Below, piece after piece: positions 48,305-57,994 of a stretch of 64,000 bases of DNA (its first letter is position 1; every line of letters begins with the position of its first letter). The notes beneath the pieces are model-generated. The model had not been told where the DNA came from. It did not search any database and saw nothing but the letters and a program-made list of their open reading frames with translations. The translations under genes were made by a program, and so were the position numbers. Where the stretch lies: positions 6,144,001 to 6,208,000 of the forward strand of contig CBDBDQ010000005.1 in assembly GCA_965203905.1 (NCBI GenBank), written 5' to 3'. The DNA is from Spirochaetia bacterium. Its GTDB lineage: Bacteria; Spirochaetota; Spirochaetia; SZUA-6; Bin103.

Positions 48305-50086
48305 TTAGTGCAGCCCCTGGACACGGCCGGTGGCGGTGTCGACATCGATGCGGCGGAAGGCGGGGTCGGAGGCGGTGCCCGGCAGCAGCTTGATGTCGCC
48401 GGCCACCGGCACCGCCAGCCCGGCGCCGCGGTAGAGCAGCAGGTCGCGGATCGGGAGAGTCCAGCCGGTGGGCCTGCCCTTCAGCGCCGGGTCGTGGCTC
48501 AGGCTGAGCTGGGTCTTCACCATGCAGGTGCCCAGATTCGCCAGCTCGGAGTCCTGCTCCACCGCCTCGAGCTTGGCCCGGGCCTGCGGCTGATAGCTCA
48601 CCCCGGCGCCGCCGTAGACCTCGCGGGTGATGCGCTCGATCCGCTCGCGCTGCGGCACCGCTTCGTCGTACAGGAAGCGGAACCGGGACGGCTGCGCGCA
48701 CGCCGCCACCACCGCCTCGGCCAGCTCCCGCGCGCCGGCGCCGCCGTGGCGCCAGTGGCGGCTCACCACGCAGGGCGCTCCGGTGCCCGCCACCGCGTCG
48801 CGGATCACCGCCACCTCCTCCTCGGTGTCGGTGTGGAAGTGGTTGATGCAGACCACCGGCGCCACGCCACTCGTGCGCACCGTATCCAGGTGCGCCAGCA
48901 GGTTCTCCACGCCGCGCTCCACCAGTCCGGTGTCCTGCTCGGTGTAGGCGCGGTCCAGCGGCCGCCCGGGCGCCACCCGCGGACCGCCGCCGTGCATCTT
49001 CAGCGCCCGGATCGTGCACACCACCACCGAGCAGTCGGGTACCAGGCCGCTCATCCGGCACTTCAGGTTCCAGAACTTCTCGAAGCCGATGTCGGCGCCG
49101 AAGCCGCTCTCGGTGACGTGGTAGTCGGCCAGCTTGAGTCCCACCCGGTCGGCGATGATCGAGGACTGGCCGATGGCGATGTTGGCGAACGGCCCGGCGT
49201 GCACCAGCACCGGCTGTCCCTCGATGGTCTGCATCAGGTTGGGGTTGATCGCCTTGGCCATGATCGCGGCCATGGCGCCGTCCACCTCCAGGTCCGCGGT
49301 GGTGATCGGGCTGCCGTTCTTGGCGTAGGCTACCACCATGCGTCCCAGGCGGGCGCGCAGATCCGCCAGGTCGGTGGCCACCGCCAGAATCGCCATCACT
49401 TCCGACGACACCGAGATCTGGAACCCGCTCTGCATCATCAGCCCGTCCATCTTGCCGCCGAGGCCGATGATGATCTCGCGCAGCGCCTGGGCGCTGAAGT
49501 CGATGGCCCAGCCGATGGCGACGTTGCGGGAGTCGATGTTGAGGCGCTGCAGCTTCCTTCGGGCCAGGGTCTTGTCGCCGTAGTTGGCCTCGTGCTGGAG
49601 GCGGCTGGTGAGCGCCACCATCGCCAGGTTGTGGGCGTTGGTGATGGCATCGATGTCGCCGGTGAGGCCGAGGCTGAGGTCGGCGAGCGGGATGCATTGC
49701 GCCAGGCCGCCGCCGGCGGCGGAGCCCTTGATGTTGAAGGTGGGACCGCCCGACGGCTGGCGGATGGCGCCGATCACGCGCTTGCCGATGGCCGCCAGGC
49801 CCTCCACCAGGCCCATGGTGGTGGTGGTCTTGCCCTCGCCAAGCGGCGTCGGCGTGATCGCGGTCACGTTTACGTACTTGCCGTCCGGCCGCTGTGCCAG
49901 CCGTTCCAGGATGCGCGCGTAGTCCAGCTTGCCGACGTGGTGGCCATGGGGCAGCACCTCTTCCGGCTGCAACGCCAGCTCGGCTCCGAGCTGCTGCACC
50001 CGCTTCATGTGCGGCTCCGCGGCAGCGCTGATCTGCCAGTCGGCCATGGTCGTGGGATCGAGTGAAGTGAGATCGGAAATGCTCAT
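48305..50086 (-). CDS. fhs: Formate-tetrahydrofolate ligase
   Basis: [56 protein letters not shown]. Confidence 0.96.
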   Translation of the reverse strand: MSISDLTSLDPTTMADWQISAAAEPHMKRVQQLGAELALQPEEVLPHGHHVGKLDYARILERLAQRPDGKYVNVTAITPTPLGEGKTTTTMGLVEGLAAIGKRVIGAIRQPSGGPTFNIKGSAAGGGLAQCIPLADLSLGLTGDIDAITNAHNLAMVALTSRLQHEANYGDKTLARRKLQRLNIDSRNVAIGWAIDFSAQALREIIIGLGGKMDGLMMQSGFQISVSSEVMAILAVATDLADLRARLGRMVVAYAKNGSPITTADLEVDGAMAAIMAKAINPNLMQTIEGQPVLVHAGPFANIAIGQSSIIADRVGLKLADYHVTESGFGADIGFEKFWNLKCRMSGLVPDCSVVVCTIRALKMHGGGPRVAPGRPLDRAYTEQDTGLVERGVENLLAHLDTVRTSGVAPVVCINHFHTDTEEEVAVIRDAVAGTGAPCVVSRHWRHGGAGARELAEAVVAACAQPSRFRFLYDEAVPQRERIERITREVYGGAGVSYQPQARAKLEAVEQDSELANLGTCMVKTQLSLSHDPALKGRPTGWTLPIRDLLLYRGAGLAVPVAGDIKLLPGTASDPAFRRIDVDTATGRVQGLH

Positions 50087-50176
50087 TGCTCGGGCCCACC
50101 ATAGCAGATCGCGGGACCCGGAGCAGGCACCGCACGGGCTTTTGACCGCCGGCTGCGGAGCGGGCACTATCCCTGC

Positions 50177-51334
50177 GTGCAACTTCACTTGGTAGGCGGC
50201 TTTCTGGGCAGCGGCAAGACCACGGCGATCGCCAGCGCCTGCGAGCTGCTGCGCAGCCGCGGCCGGCTGCCGGCGGTGGTGACCAACGACCAGGGCGAGG
50301 TGCTGGTGGACACGCGGCTGCTGGCGGGCGCCGGCATCCCCACCGCGGAGGTGGTCGGGGGCTGTTTCTGCTGCCGCTACCCGGAGCTGGTGGAGCGCAT
50401 CGCGGCCCTGGCGGCGGCGGGCGCCGAGCACCTGTTCGCCGAGGCGGCGGGCTCCTGCGTGGACCTCGTGCGTACCGTGCTCAACCCGTTGCTGCGGCGG
50501 CGCGAGGTGGAGCTGGAGGCGGTGACCCTGTCGGTGCTGGCCGACGCGCGCCTGCTGGCCGACTACCTCGCGGGCCGCCCGCTGCCGTGGTCCCTGCCCG
50601 CCCTGCACTACCTGTTCGAGCGCCAGTTGGCGGAGGCGTCGCTGCTGGTGGCCACCAAGGTCGACCTGCTGGCGGCCACGGCGGGGGAGCGCGAGCAGCT
50701 CGCGGCGACGTTGCGGTCCGGCTTTCCGCGCCAGCGGCTCCTGCTGCAGGACTCGCGCACCGCGGCGGGCGTCGCCGGCTGGCTCGACCGGCTGGAGCTG
50801 GATTCGCGGGTCGCCGCGCGCGGCGACGCCCCCGCGCTGGCGCCCGGTGTGGAGGTCGACTACGAGAGATATGGAGCCGCCGAGGCCGCCCTGGCCTGGA
50901 ACGACCGGGAAGTCGAGTTGAGCGGCGTCGACGGGCGCGCCACGGAAGCGGCCCGGGCGGTGATCGACGGCGTGGCGGCCGCGCTGCAACGGCGCCGCGC
51001 CGCGATCGGGCACCTCAAGTTCCTGATCCGCGACCACTATCGCGACGCCAAGGTGAGCATCACGGGTCCCGACCTGCCGCGGCGCGACGCGCACGGGGCA
51101 ACCTGGCACGACCAGCTCCCGCCACTCACCGGGGACCGGGTGACCTTGATCGTGAACGCCCGCGTCGAAATGGAAGCCGCCGACCTGGAACGGCTCATCG
51201 ACACGGCGGTGGCCGATGCCGCGTCGAGTCTTGGACCTGGCGAGGCAAGCGCGGCGATACAGGTACGCACCCGAAGCCGCTCGGCGTTCCATCCCGCTTA
51301 CCCGGAGCCGGTTCATCTCGTCAGGCAGCGTTAG
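50177..51334 (+). CDS. CobW/COG0523-like G3E GTPase metallochaperone
   Basis: [31 protein letters not shown]. Confidence 0.85.
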   Translation: MQLHLVGGFLGSGKTTAIASACELLRSRGRLPAVVTNDQGEVLVDTRLLAGAGIPTAEVVGGCFCCRYPELVERIAALAAAGAEHLFAEAAGSCVDLVRTVLNPLLRRREVELEAVTLSVLADARLLADYLAGRPLPWSLPALHYLFERQLAEASLLVATKVDLLAATAGEREQLAATLRSGFPRQRLLLQDSRTAAGVAGWLDRLELDSRVAARGDAPALAPGVEVDYERYGAAEAALAWNDREVELSGVDGRATEAARAVIDGVAAALQRRRAAIGHLKFLIRDHYRDAKVSITGPDLPRRDAHGATWHDQLPPLTGDRVTLIVNARVEMEAADLERLIDTAVADAASSLGPGEASAAIQVRTRSRSAFHPAYPEPVHLVRQR

Positions 51335-51427
51335 CTTCTCAGCCTCCCGGCCAAGACGCCACTTGAAACGAAGCAAGATTATAGGGTGCACTTGCTGGAC
51401 ACCGTCTGGCCAACTCAGGAGGATGGC

Positions 51428-52584
51428 GTGAAGCGCATACACGTACGTGAAATCGGACCGATCGTCGATGCTCGAGTCGAGTTTGGGGACCTCACGGTAT
51501 TCGTCGGTCCACAAGCCACCGGAAAAAGCATTTTCTTCAACTCCTGAAATTGGCTGTGGACAAGTCAGTGATCCACGATCAACTGCAGCGATTCGGAATC
51601 GATTGGAACGACAAGCGAGACGGCTTTCTGGAGGTCTACTTCGGAGAAGGGATGGCCAAGTTGTGGTCGGAAGGCGACAGCAAGCTGTTCGCAGATGACC
51701 AGGAGGTCGAGTTTGCGCGCTACGCGGGTCGTCGTCCCCCACGATCGGTCGAGAAAGTGTCATACATTCCCGCCCAGCGCGTGCTCAGTTTCCGTGATGG
51801 CATCACGAGACCATTCACCGACTACCGGTCGGGGATCCCTACGTACTCCGCGCGTTCAGCGATCACATCCACCAGTTGGTGCAAAGCGAGTTCAGTCGCT
51901 CCACCGGAATATTCCCGCACAAAGGACACTTGAGTCTCGCCTTGATCCGACCACTGGAACAGCACGTCTTTGGTGGTTTCCGACTCGAGATGGAACAGGC
52001 GAAGTATCAGCGTCGTATCGTCTTTGCGGCGACGCTCCGGAACCTCGCTTCCATTCCTGGTCTGGTCGGCCGGACAAAGGGAATTCGTGCCGTTGTTGAT
52101 GGGTCTCTACCCACTCCTTCCTCCATCGGCCCCGTCGCGCGACGGTACCGTGACGTGGGTCGTGATAGAGGAGCCGGAGATGGGTCTGCACCCGAATGGG
52201 GTTGCTGCCGTACTCAATCTCGTATTGAAGTTGCTGGCAAGCGACTACCGAGTGTGCATCTCCACCCACTCGCCACATGTGCTCGACATCGTGTGGGCGC
52301 TTCGCTTCTTCCAGGAGCATGGTGCACAGCCGGCCGACGTTCTGGAGCTACTTGGTTTGAGGTCCAGCGCGGGTACCCGGGAACTTGCCGAGTGCGTACT
52401 GAAACGCACACTCCGGGTGCACTATTTCTCCCAGGCCGGTCACGTAAGGGACATTTCCAACCTGGATCCGTCCGCCGACAGCCTCGACGAATCCGGCTGG
52501 GGGGGCTTGACGGGAGGGTCCGGCAGAGTTGGCGATCTCGTAGCCCACGTAGCCGCCCGAAGGCAGCCCGTCGAGCGTTCGTGA
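51428..52584 (+). pseudogene. AAA_21/AbiEii-like ABC ATPase with three frameshifts (possibly sequencing errors)
   Basis: [12 protein letters not shown]...[37 protein letters not shown]; breaks at runs near 51531, 51831 and 52023. Confidence 0.8.
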
Positions 52585-52765
52585 GTTTCCAGACCGCCGT
52601 GCAAGCGGCTTCCGCTGCAGTAGCTGGCGCGTACCGACCCGGCAAGCAGGCTCTTCCGGGCCAGCACCGTTCGCTCGTGACTTGTGCCGATTCGCGCCGA
52701 CTGACCGGTAGCGTCAACCTGGATGCAGCATTGCAGGCAAGTCTCCCGAACGCACCACGATGGGC
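52581..52765 (+). pseudogene. Truncated partner gene of the ATPase
   Basis: GTGA overlap; MSFQTAV...AYRPGKQAL...LTGSVNLDAAL...PNAPRW, then loss of similarity. Confidence 0.6.
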
Positions 52766-52901
52766 ATCAATGCAAACTCACCTCAGCGCCGCCGCCTCAA
52801 CCAGAGCGGTCTGGGCATGCCACGGCGCCGGCTCACGCTGCCATGATCCGCCGGACGCGCCGCCCTCATATCGGTCGGCGTTCCACGTTATGATGGCGGG
52901 C

Positions 52902-53519
52902 ATGGCAGACTCCCACGAGAGCAAGTACTGCGACAAGCGGCAGGGCTTCTGGCGCGACACGTTCGGTGCCGCGTTGCCCTATGGCGAGTACCTCGCGTCC
53001 GGACCGGAGAACCACCGCAAGCGGTGGCAGACGATGGATCAACGGGTGCAGGTGGACGCCGCGCAGCGGCGGCGCCTCGGCCAGTTCACGCGGCGCATGA
53101 ACCTGTTGTGCTACAGCGGCATCTGGTGCGGCGACTGCGTACGCCAGGGGCCGATCCTGCACCACCTTGCGGCCGCCGCCAATGAGGCCGGCGGCACCCA
53201 GGTGGTGGACCTGCGCTTCGCCGAGCGCGTCGACGACAGCGAGTTGGCCGACGAGCTGCGCATTCTCGGCGCGCTGCGGGTACCGGTGACCGTGTGTCTT
53301 TCGGAGGACTTCTTCGAGGTGGGGCGCACCGGCGACCGGATGCTGGTGACCTACCGCCGCAAGGCGCAGCGCGAGCTCGGTGCGGCCTGCGACGTGGGCC
53401 TGGTGCCGCCTCCCGAGGCAGAGGTCGCCACCGAGGTGGAACAGTGGCTCGACCACCTGGAGCGCATGCAGTGGATGCTGCGCCTGGCGCCGATGCTACG
53501 CGCGCGCCACGGCGACTGA
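52902..53519 (+). CDS. Thioredoxin-family protein
   Basis: WCGDC and RVP cis-Pro motif; TATGAT 7 nt upstream. Confidence 0.88.
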   Translation: MADSHESKYCDKRQGFWRDTFGAALPYGEYLASGPENHRKRWQTMDQRVQVDAAQRRRLGQFTRRMNLLCYSGIWCGDCVRQGPILHHLAAAANEAGGTQVVDLRFAERVDDSELADELRILGALRVPVTVCLSEDFFEVGRTGDRMLVTYRRKAQRELGAACDVGLVPPPEAEVATEVEQWLDHLERMQWMLRLAPMLRARHGD

Positions 53520-53527
53520 GGCCGCGG

Positions 53528-54460
53528 ATGGAGAAGCGCCCGCTTCCGGGCGACACGCTGGAGCGGCGGCTGCGAGCCGGCCGCCGCGACCAGCTCTACC
53601 AGTTCCTGCTGGATTTCGGCGGGATCCGCGGCGCCATCCTGCACGCCACGCGGGTGGTAGCGGAAATGCGGGCCAACCATCGGCTCGGGCCGCTGGAAAC
53701 CCTGGTGCTGGGGCAGGCGTACGTGGCGGCGGGGCTGATGACGGTCAATCTGAAGTCACCGGAGAGCCTGACCATCAAGGTCGACTGTTCGGGGCCGATC
53801 GGCGGCCTGACGGTAGACGGCAACGCGTTCGGCGAGGTGCGTGGCTACTTGGCGCAGGACCCGATTCCAGTGGCGGCAGACGGCGCGGTGCCGCGGCTGC
53901 AGGACCTGTTCGGAACCGGCACACTGGCGGTGACCAAGCATCTGCGGGATGGCGCACAGCCCTTCACCGGGGTCGTCGAGATGCGTTACGGCAGCCTCGC
54001 CGAGGATCTCTCCTACTACTTCGCCACCTCGGAGCAGACGCCCAGTGCCCTGAGCCTGAGCGTGGCCTTCGACGCCGCCGGTGAGCTGACCGGGGCCGGG
54101 GGCGTGTTCCTGCAGGCCCTGCCCGCCGCCCGTGCCGACCAGGTACAGGACGTGGAACGGCTGCTGCGGCGCCTGCACTCGATCGGCGCCGCCTTCGCCG
54201 CGGGAGAAGAACCGCGGGCGTTGCTGGAGCGCGCCTTCGGCGCCCACGAGCCGGTCATCATCGCCCGCCGCCGGGTGGTGTTCATGTGCCATTGCAGTGC
54301 GCAACGGTTCCGCGGCCACCTCGGCGCCCTGCCCCGTGCCGAGCTGCAGGACATGCTGGACCGGGGCCCGCTGCCGGTGGAGACCACCTGTCTCTACTGC
54401 AACACCAGCTATCGCTTCGATCGCGAACAGATCGTCGAGCTGCTCTCCGCTTCCGGTTGA
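53528..54460 (+). CDS. hslO: Hsp33 redox-regulated chaperone
   Basis: GPIGGL, GEVRGY, YFATSEQTPS, CHCS...CLYC zinc motif. Confidence 0.93.
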   Translation: MEKRPLPGDTLERRLRAGRRDQLYQFLLDFGGIRGAILHATRVVAEMRANHRLGPLETLVLGQAYVAAGLMTVNLKSPESLTIKVDCSGPIGGLTVDGNAFGEVRGYLAQDPIPVAADGAVPRLQDLFGTGTLAVTKHLRDGAQPFTGVVEMRYGSLAEDLSYYFATSEQTPSALSLSVAFDAAGELTGAGGVFLQALPAARADQVQDVERLLRRLHSIGAAFAAGEEPRALLERAFGAHEPVIIARRRVVFMCHCSAQRFRGHLGALPRAELQDMLDRGPLPVETTCLYCNTSYRFDREQIVELLSASG

Positions 54461-54605
54461 ACCGGCCGTTACCGTACGGCCCGGGTGCGATACACCAGCG
54501 GGAGATGCTCGTCGTCCTCGAGCAGGTCTCCCTTCTCCAGCCGCGCTACCACCGCCGGCGGAGCGGGGTGCCCCCCACCCCTGCCGCGAGCTACTATGGC
54601 CGCGG

Positions 54606-56693
54606 ATGAAGCTGTTCAGTCCGCTGGAGCTGGAGCGTGCCCGGGAGCGCATACGGACGCCGGAGTTTCTGCCCGCGTGGCAGCGCCTGCAGGCTGACAC
54701 CGAGGAGTTTCTGGCTCTGGACCTGGAGCCGCCGGCGGCGGCCGCGGGCTACTATCATGACTACTTCTGCCCCCAGCATGCCGTCGAGCTGCACTTCGAT
54801 CCGCGCCGGCCGCGGCAGCACCGCTGTCCGGTCGACGGGCGCCTGCTGGAGGGCGGCCGCTACGATGCCGCCTGGCGCTTCTGCGCCAACCTGCTGCTGA
54901 GCCGCATGGCGTTGCTCCTGGGGCTGCGCTGGCGGCTGGATGGCGACCCGCGCTGCCTGCAGCGCGGCGCAGAGATTCTGACCGGATACGCCCGCCACTA
55001 CCCGCGCCATGCTCCCGGCGCTTATCACACCGACTTCGGCGCCGGGCGCGGCAAGGCGACCTATCAGTCGCTGGACGAGGCCAATCTGATCGTGCGTCTG
55101 GCACGCTGCTACGACCTGCTGGCGGAAGGCATGGATGCCGGCAGCCGCCGCCTGGTGGAAGACGATCTGCTGGCTCCGGCAGTCGCACACCTCTACGAGC
55201 AGCGCTTCCGGCGGCTGCACAACATCGAGTGCTGGCACATCGCGGCGCTGCTGGCCGCCGCCACCCTTACCGGCAACGCCGCGATCGAGGAGGAGGTGCT
55301 GCACGGCGAATTCGGATTCCAGCACCAGATCGACGCCGGGGTCCGTGACGACGGGCTGTGGTGGGAGGGCTCCTCCAGCTACCACTACTACACCGTGGCG
55401 GCGCTGCTGACGACGGCGGCGTTGCGCTACGCGCGGGACCCGGGCTGGAGTGCCCCGGAGCGGCTGCGCGCCATGCTGGCGGCGCCCCTGACGCTGGTGC
55501 TGCCGGACGGGCGGCTCCCGGCGACCAACGACTGCTGGGCCTCCTCGTCGCTGTTCGGCGAAGTGTGTCACGGCGTACCGCCCGCCGCCGCCCTCTACGA
55601 GATGGCGGCCGGCTGGTGGCCGCGGCCCGCGTTCTCCGGGCTGCTCGCCGCGGTCTACCGGCGGGCACCGCGCGACAGCGCGGAGGCGCTGCTGCACGGT
55701 CCGGATCGAGTGCCCGCCAACGGCGCCCTGGACCGCCCGCGATCGGGCCTGCTGCCGGCGTCGGGATATGCCGTGTTGCGCAGCGCCGAACCGCTGGCGC
55801 AGCAGTCGCTGCTGCTGCTCAAGTACGGCCCCCACGGCGGCTCCCACGGCCATCCCGACAAGCTGGCCATCCTGCTCTACGCGGGCGGTACGCCGGCGGC
55901 GCTCGACCTCGGCTCCCAGGGCTACGGCATCGACCTGCACCGCAACTGGTACCGCCAGACTGCCAGCCACAACACGGTCATGGTCGCGGGCCGGCCGCAG
56001 CCGCCGGCGGCCGGAGAGCTGCGCCACTTCGGACCGCCGCCGGAAGCGGCTGGCGCCAGCCCCGACGCGGCCGCCGTGACCATCGCCGACGCATCCGTCG
56101 CCTGGTCCGGCAGCGAAGTCGGGGAGTACGACGGTGTGACCATGCGCCGGGTGGTGGCGTGGCGCGCGCCATACTTCGTCGACTGCTTCGCGGTACGCTG
56201 TCCGGAGCCGTTGCGCATCGACTGGCTGCTGCACGTCCACGGCGCGTTGCGGCAGCTGCCGCAGGCGGAGCGGACCGCCGCCGGCTGCCCCGAGCTGCCG
56301 CGCGGACCGGGCTGGGAGCACATCGACGCCCGCTGGACCGGGGTTGCGCCGGCCGCCACGGCGGTACGCTGGTCGCTCGACGCCGGCGGCCTGGATCTGA
56401 TGCTGCCGGACGAAGCGGGGACCGACCTCACCGTCGGTGAGGCTCCGTCGAACCCGGCGAGCGAACGCCTGCAGGTGCTCATTCGCACCCGCACGGCGCG
56501 CTGCACCCGCTTCGTGGCGGTCCTGTGTCCGACCCCGGCAGAGGCCGGTGTGACCGCGGTGCGGCACCTGGGGGCGGACCACCGCGCCGACCTGGAGGTG
56601 GTCGCCGGCGACCGCGTCGACCACTGGCGGCTGCCGGCGACCGACCACGCCGCCGGCGCGGCGCTGGTGCCGATCATGACCGGAGGTGAATGA
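54606..56693 (+). CDS. Heparinase II/III-family polysaccharide lyase (PL17-like), no signal peptide
   Basis: QSLDEA, HNIECWH, WWEGSSSYHYY, KYGPHGGSHGHPDKL, WYRQTASHNTV. Confidence 0.85.
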   Translation: MKLFSPLELERARERIRTPEFLPAWQRLQADTEEFLALDLEPPAAAAGYYHDYFCPQHAVELHFDPRRPRQHRCPVDGRLLEGGRYDAAWRFCANLLLSRMALLLGLRWRLDGDPRCLQRGAEILTGYARHYPRHAPGAYHTDFGAGRGKATYQSLDEANLIVRLARCYDLLAEGMDAGSRRLVEDDLLAPAVAHLYEQRFRRLHNIECWHIAALLAAATLTGNAAIEEEVLHGEFGFQHQIDAGVRDDGLWWEGSSSYHYYTVAALLTTAALRYARDPGWSAPERLRAMLAAPLTLVLPDGRLPATNDCWASSSLFGEVCHGVPPAAALYEMAAGWWPRPAFSGLLAAVYRRAPRDSAEALLHGPDRVPANGALDRPRSGLLPASGYAVLRSAEPLAQQSLLLLKYGPHGGSHGHPDKLAILLYAGGTPAALDLGSQGYGIDLHRNWYRQTASHNTVMVAGRPQPPAAGELRHFGPPPEAAGASPDAAAVTIADASVAWSGSEVGEYDGVTMRRVVAWRAPYFVDCFAVRCPEPLRIDWLLHVHGALRQLPQAERTAAGCPELPRGPGWEHIDARWTGVAPAATAVRWSLDAGGLDLMLPDEAGTDLTVGEAPSNPASERLQVLIRTRTARCTRFVAVLCPTPAEAGVTAVRHLGADHRADLEVVAGDRVDHWRLPATDHAAGAALVPIMTGGE

Positions 56694-57790
56694 TGCAGCA
56701 GCAACCAGTGACGCTGCGGGGCCTGTTCTTCTGGGAGGGAAGCGGCCTGCAACTGGGGCGGGCCAATCCCTACGGCGCCCTGCTGGCGGCGGCACTGCGC
56801 CGTTACGGGGTCGAGTTGGACGAGGGCGACTACGAGTTCAGCCGCTCCTGGCTGGAGCAGTCGCGCGCCACCTACGAGGTACTGCATCTCAACTGGCTGG
56901 ACCGGTTCTACGCCGGGTTCAATGAACCGCACGACCTGGAGCGGGCCGTCGAACGCTACGCCGACTTCACCGACAAGCTGATTCACGCCCGGCGCCTCGG
57001 CTATCGCCTGGTGTGGACCATCCACAACCTGTACCCCCACGAACGCCGCTATCCCCAGCTCGATCGCCTGGTGAACGCCCTGGTGGCCCGCGAGGCCGAC
57101 CACGTCATCGCCCACTGCCGTTACGCCGCCGAGACCATCGAAGAACTGTGCGATCCGCCGCGGCGGGTACACGTGATCCCACACGGCAACTACCTGGAAG
57201 TGTTCCCCGATCGGGTCAGCCCGGCCGCGGCCCGCGACCGGCTGCAGGTCACCGCCGACCGCTTCGTCTACCTGTTCTTCGGCAACGCGCGCGGTTACAA
57301 GGGGGTGGCGGAGCTGGTGGACACCTTCCGCCGCGTGGCGGCCGACGACTCCGTGCTGCTGCTGGTGCTCCGCGAAAACGCCCGCAGCCCCGGCCTGATC
57401 GGGCAGCTCCGCAGCGCCGCGGAGGGTGATTCACGCATCCGGATCCATGCCTCGCGCTTCTTCGAAGTGGGAGAGTTCCAGTACTTCCTGAACGCCGCCG
57501 ACGTGGTGGTGCTGCCGTTCTCGGCGGTGCTGACCTCCGGCTCGGCGATCCAGGCGCTGGGCTTCGGCAAGCCGCTGATCGTGCCGCGCCTCGGCTGTCT
57601 GCCCGAGCTGGTCGCGGGAGGCAGCGGCCTGCTCTACGATCCCGACGCCCCCGAAGGCCTCGCCGCCGCCCTGCACGAGGCGCGTTCGCTGGACCTCGAC
57701 GCCGCCCGTGCCGCCGCCCTGACACGCACCCGCGAACTGGACTGGGACCCGATCGCCGCACGCATCGCCGCCCTCTATCGCGACACGTGA
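56690..57790 (+). CDS. GT4-family glycosyltransferase
   Basis: VWTIHNLYPHE, VIPHGNY, YKGV, ADVVVLPF...TSGS. Confidence 0.88.
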   Translation: MMQQQPVTLRGLFFWEGSGLQLGRANPYGALLAAALRRYGVELDEGDYEFSRSWLEQSRATYEVLHLNWLDRFYAGFNEPHDLERAVERYADFTDKLIHARRLGYRLVWTIHNLYPHERRYPQLDRLVNALVAREADHVIAHCRYAAETIEELCDPPRRVHVIPHGNYLEVFPDRVSPAAARDRLQVTADRFVYLFFGNARGYKGVAELVDTFRRVAADDSVLLLVLRENARSPGLIGQLRSAAEGDSRIRIHASRFFEVGEFQYFLNAADVVVLPFSAVLTSGSAIQALGFGKPLIVPRLGCLPELVAGGSGLLYDPDAPEGLAAALHEARSLDLDAARAAALTRTRELDWDPIAARIAALYRDT

Positions 57791-57994
57791 CCGGGGCTGA
57801 CAGAAGCGCGGAGCGGGTGCGGAACGGCCACGGCGCACCACGGTTCGCAGGCGGCGCGGCCGGTTGTCGTCGGTCCCGCATTCGCGGCATGCTGGGGGTG
57901 TCGGGCGGGTCGGCCAGCGGCCACCCCGGCGAATTCCTCCCGCAATGACAATCCTGCTCCAAGCGACAATGCCGATACTGCCGTTCAGGTTGCG

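Noticed and set aside
45909-48470. fhs 3' duplicate as a DGR template/variable repeat pair
   Set aside because: Mismatches are not adenine-specific (they include G/C changes) and there is no reverse transcriptase in the window
38123-50086. Complete Wood-Ljungdahl pathway or acetogenesis
   Set aside because: No CODH/ACS, CFeSP or FolD in the window, and aerobic heme A/O synthases are present
48305-51763. 1152-aa Fhs fusion ORF
   Set aside because: The N-terminal half is antisense shadow of the GTPase and ATPase genes; Fhs similarity starts at 50086
51876-53519. ATPase fragment/partner/thioredoxin fusion ORF
   Set aside because: Chance frame continuity across separate remnants; the thioredoxin has its own -10 box and ATG at 52902
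57791-57994. Possible riboswitch upstream of ctaA
   Set aside because: GC-rich with only weak hairpins and no recognisable aptamer consensus
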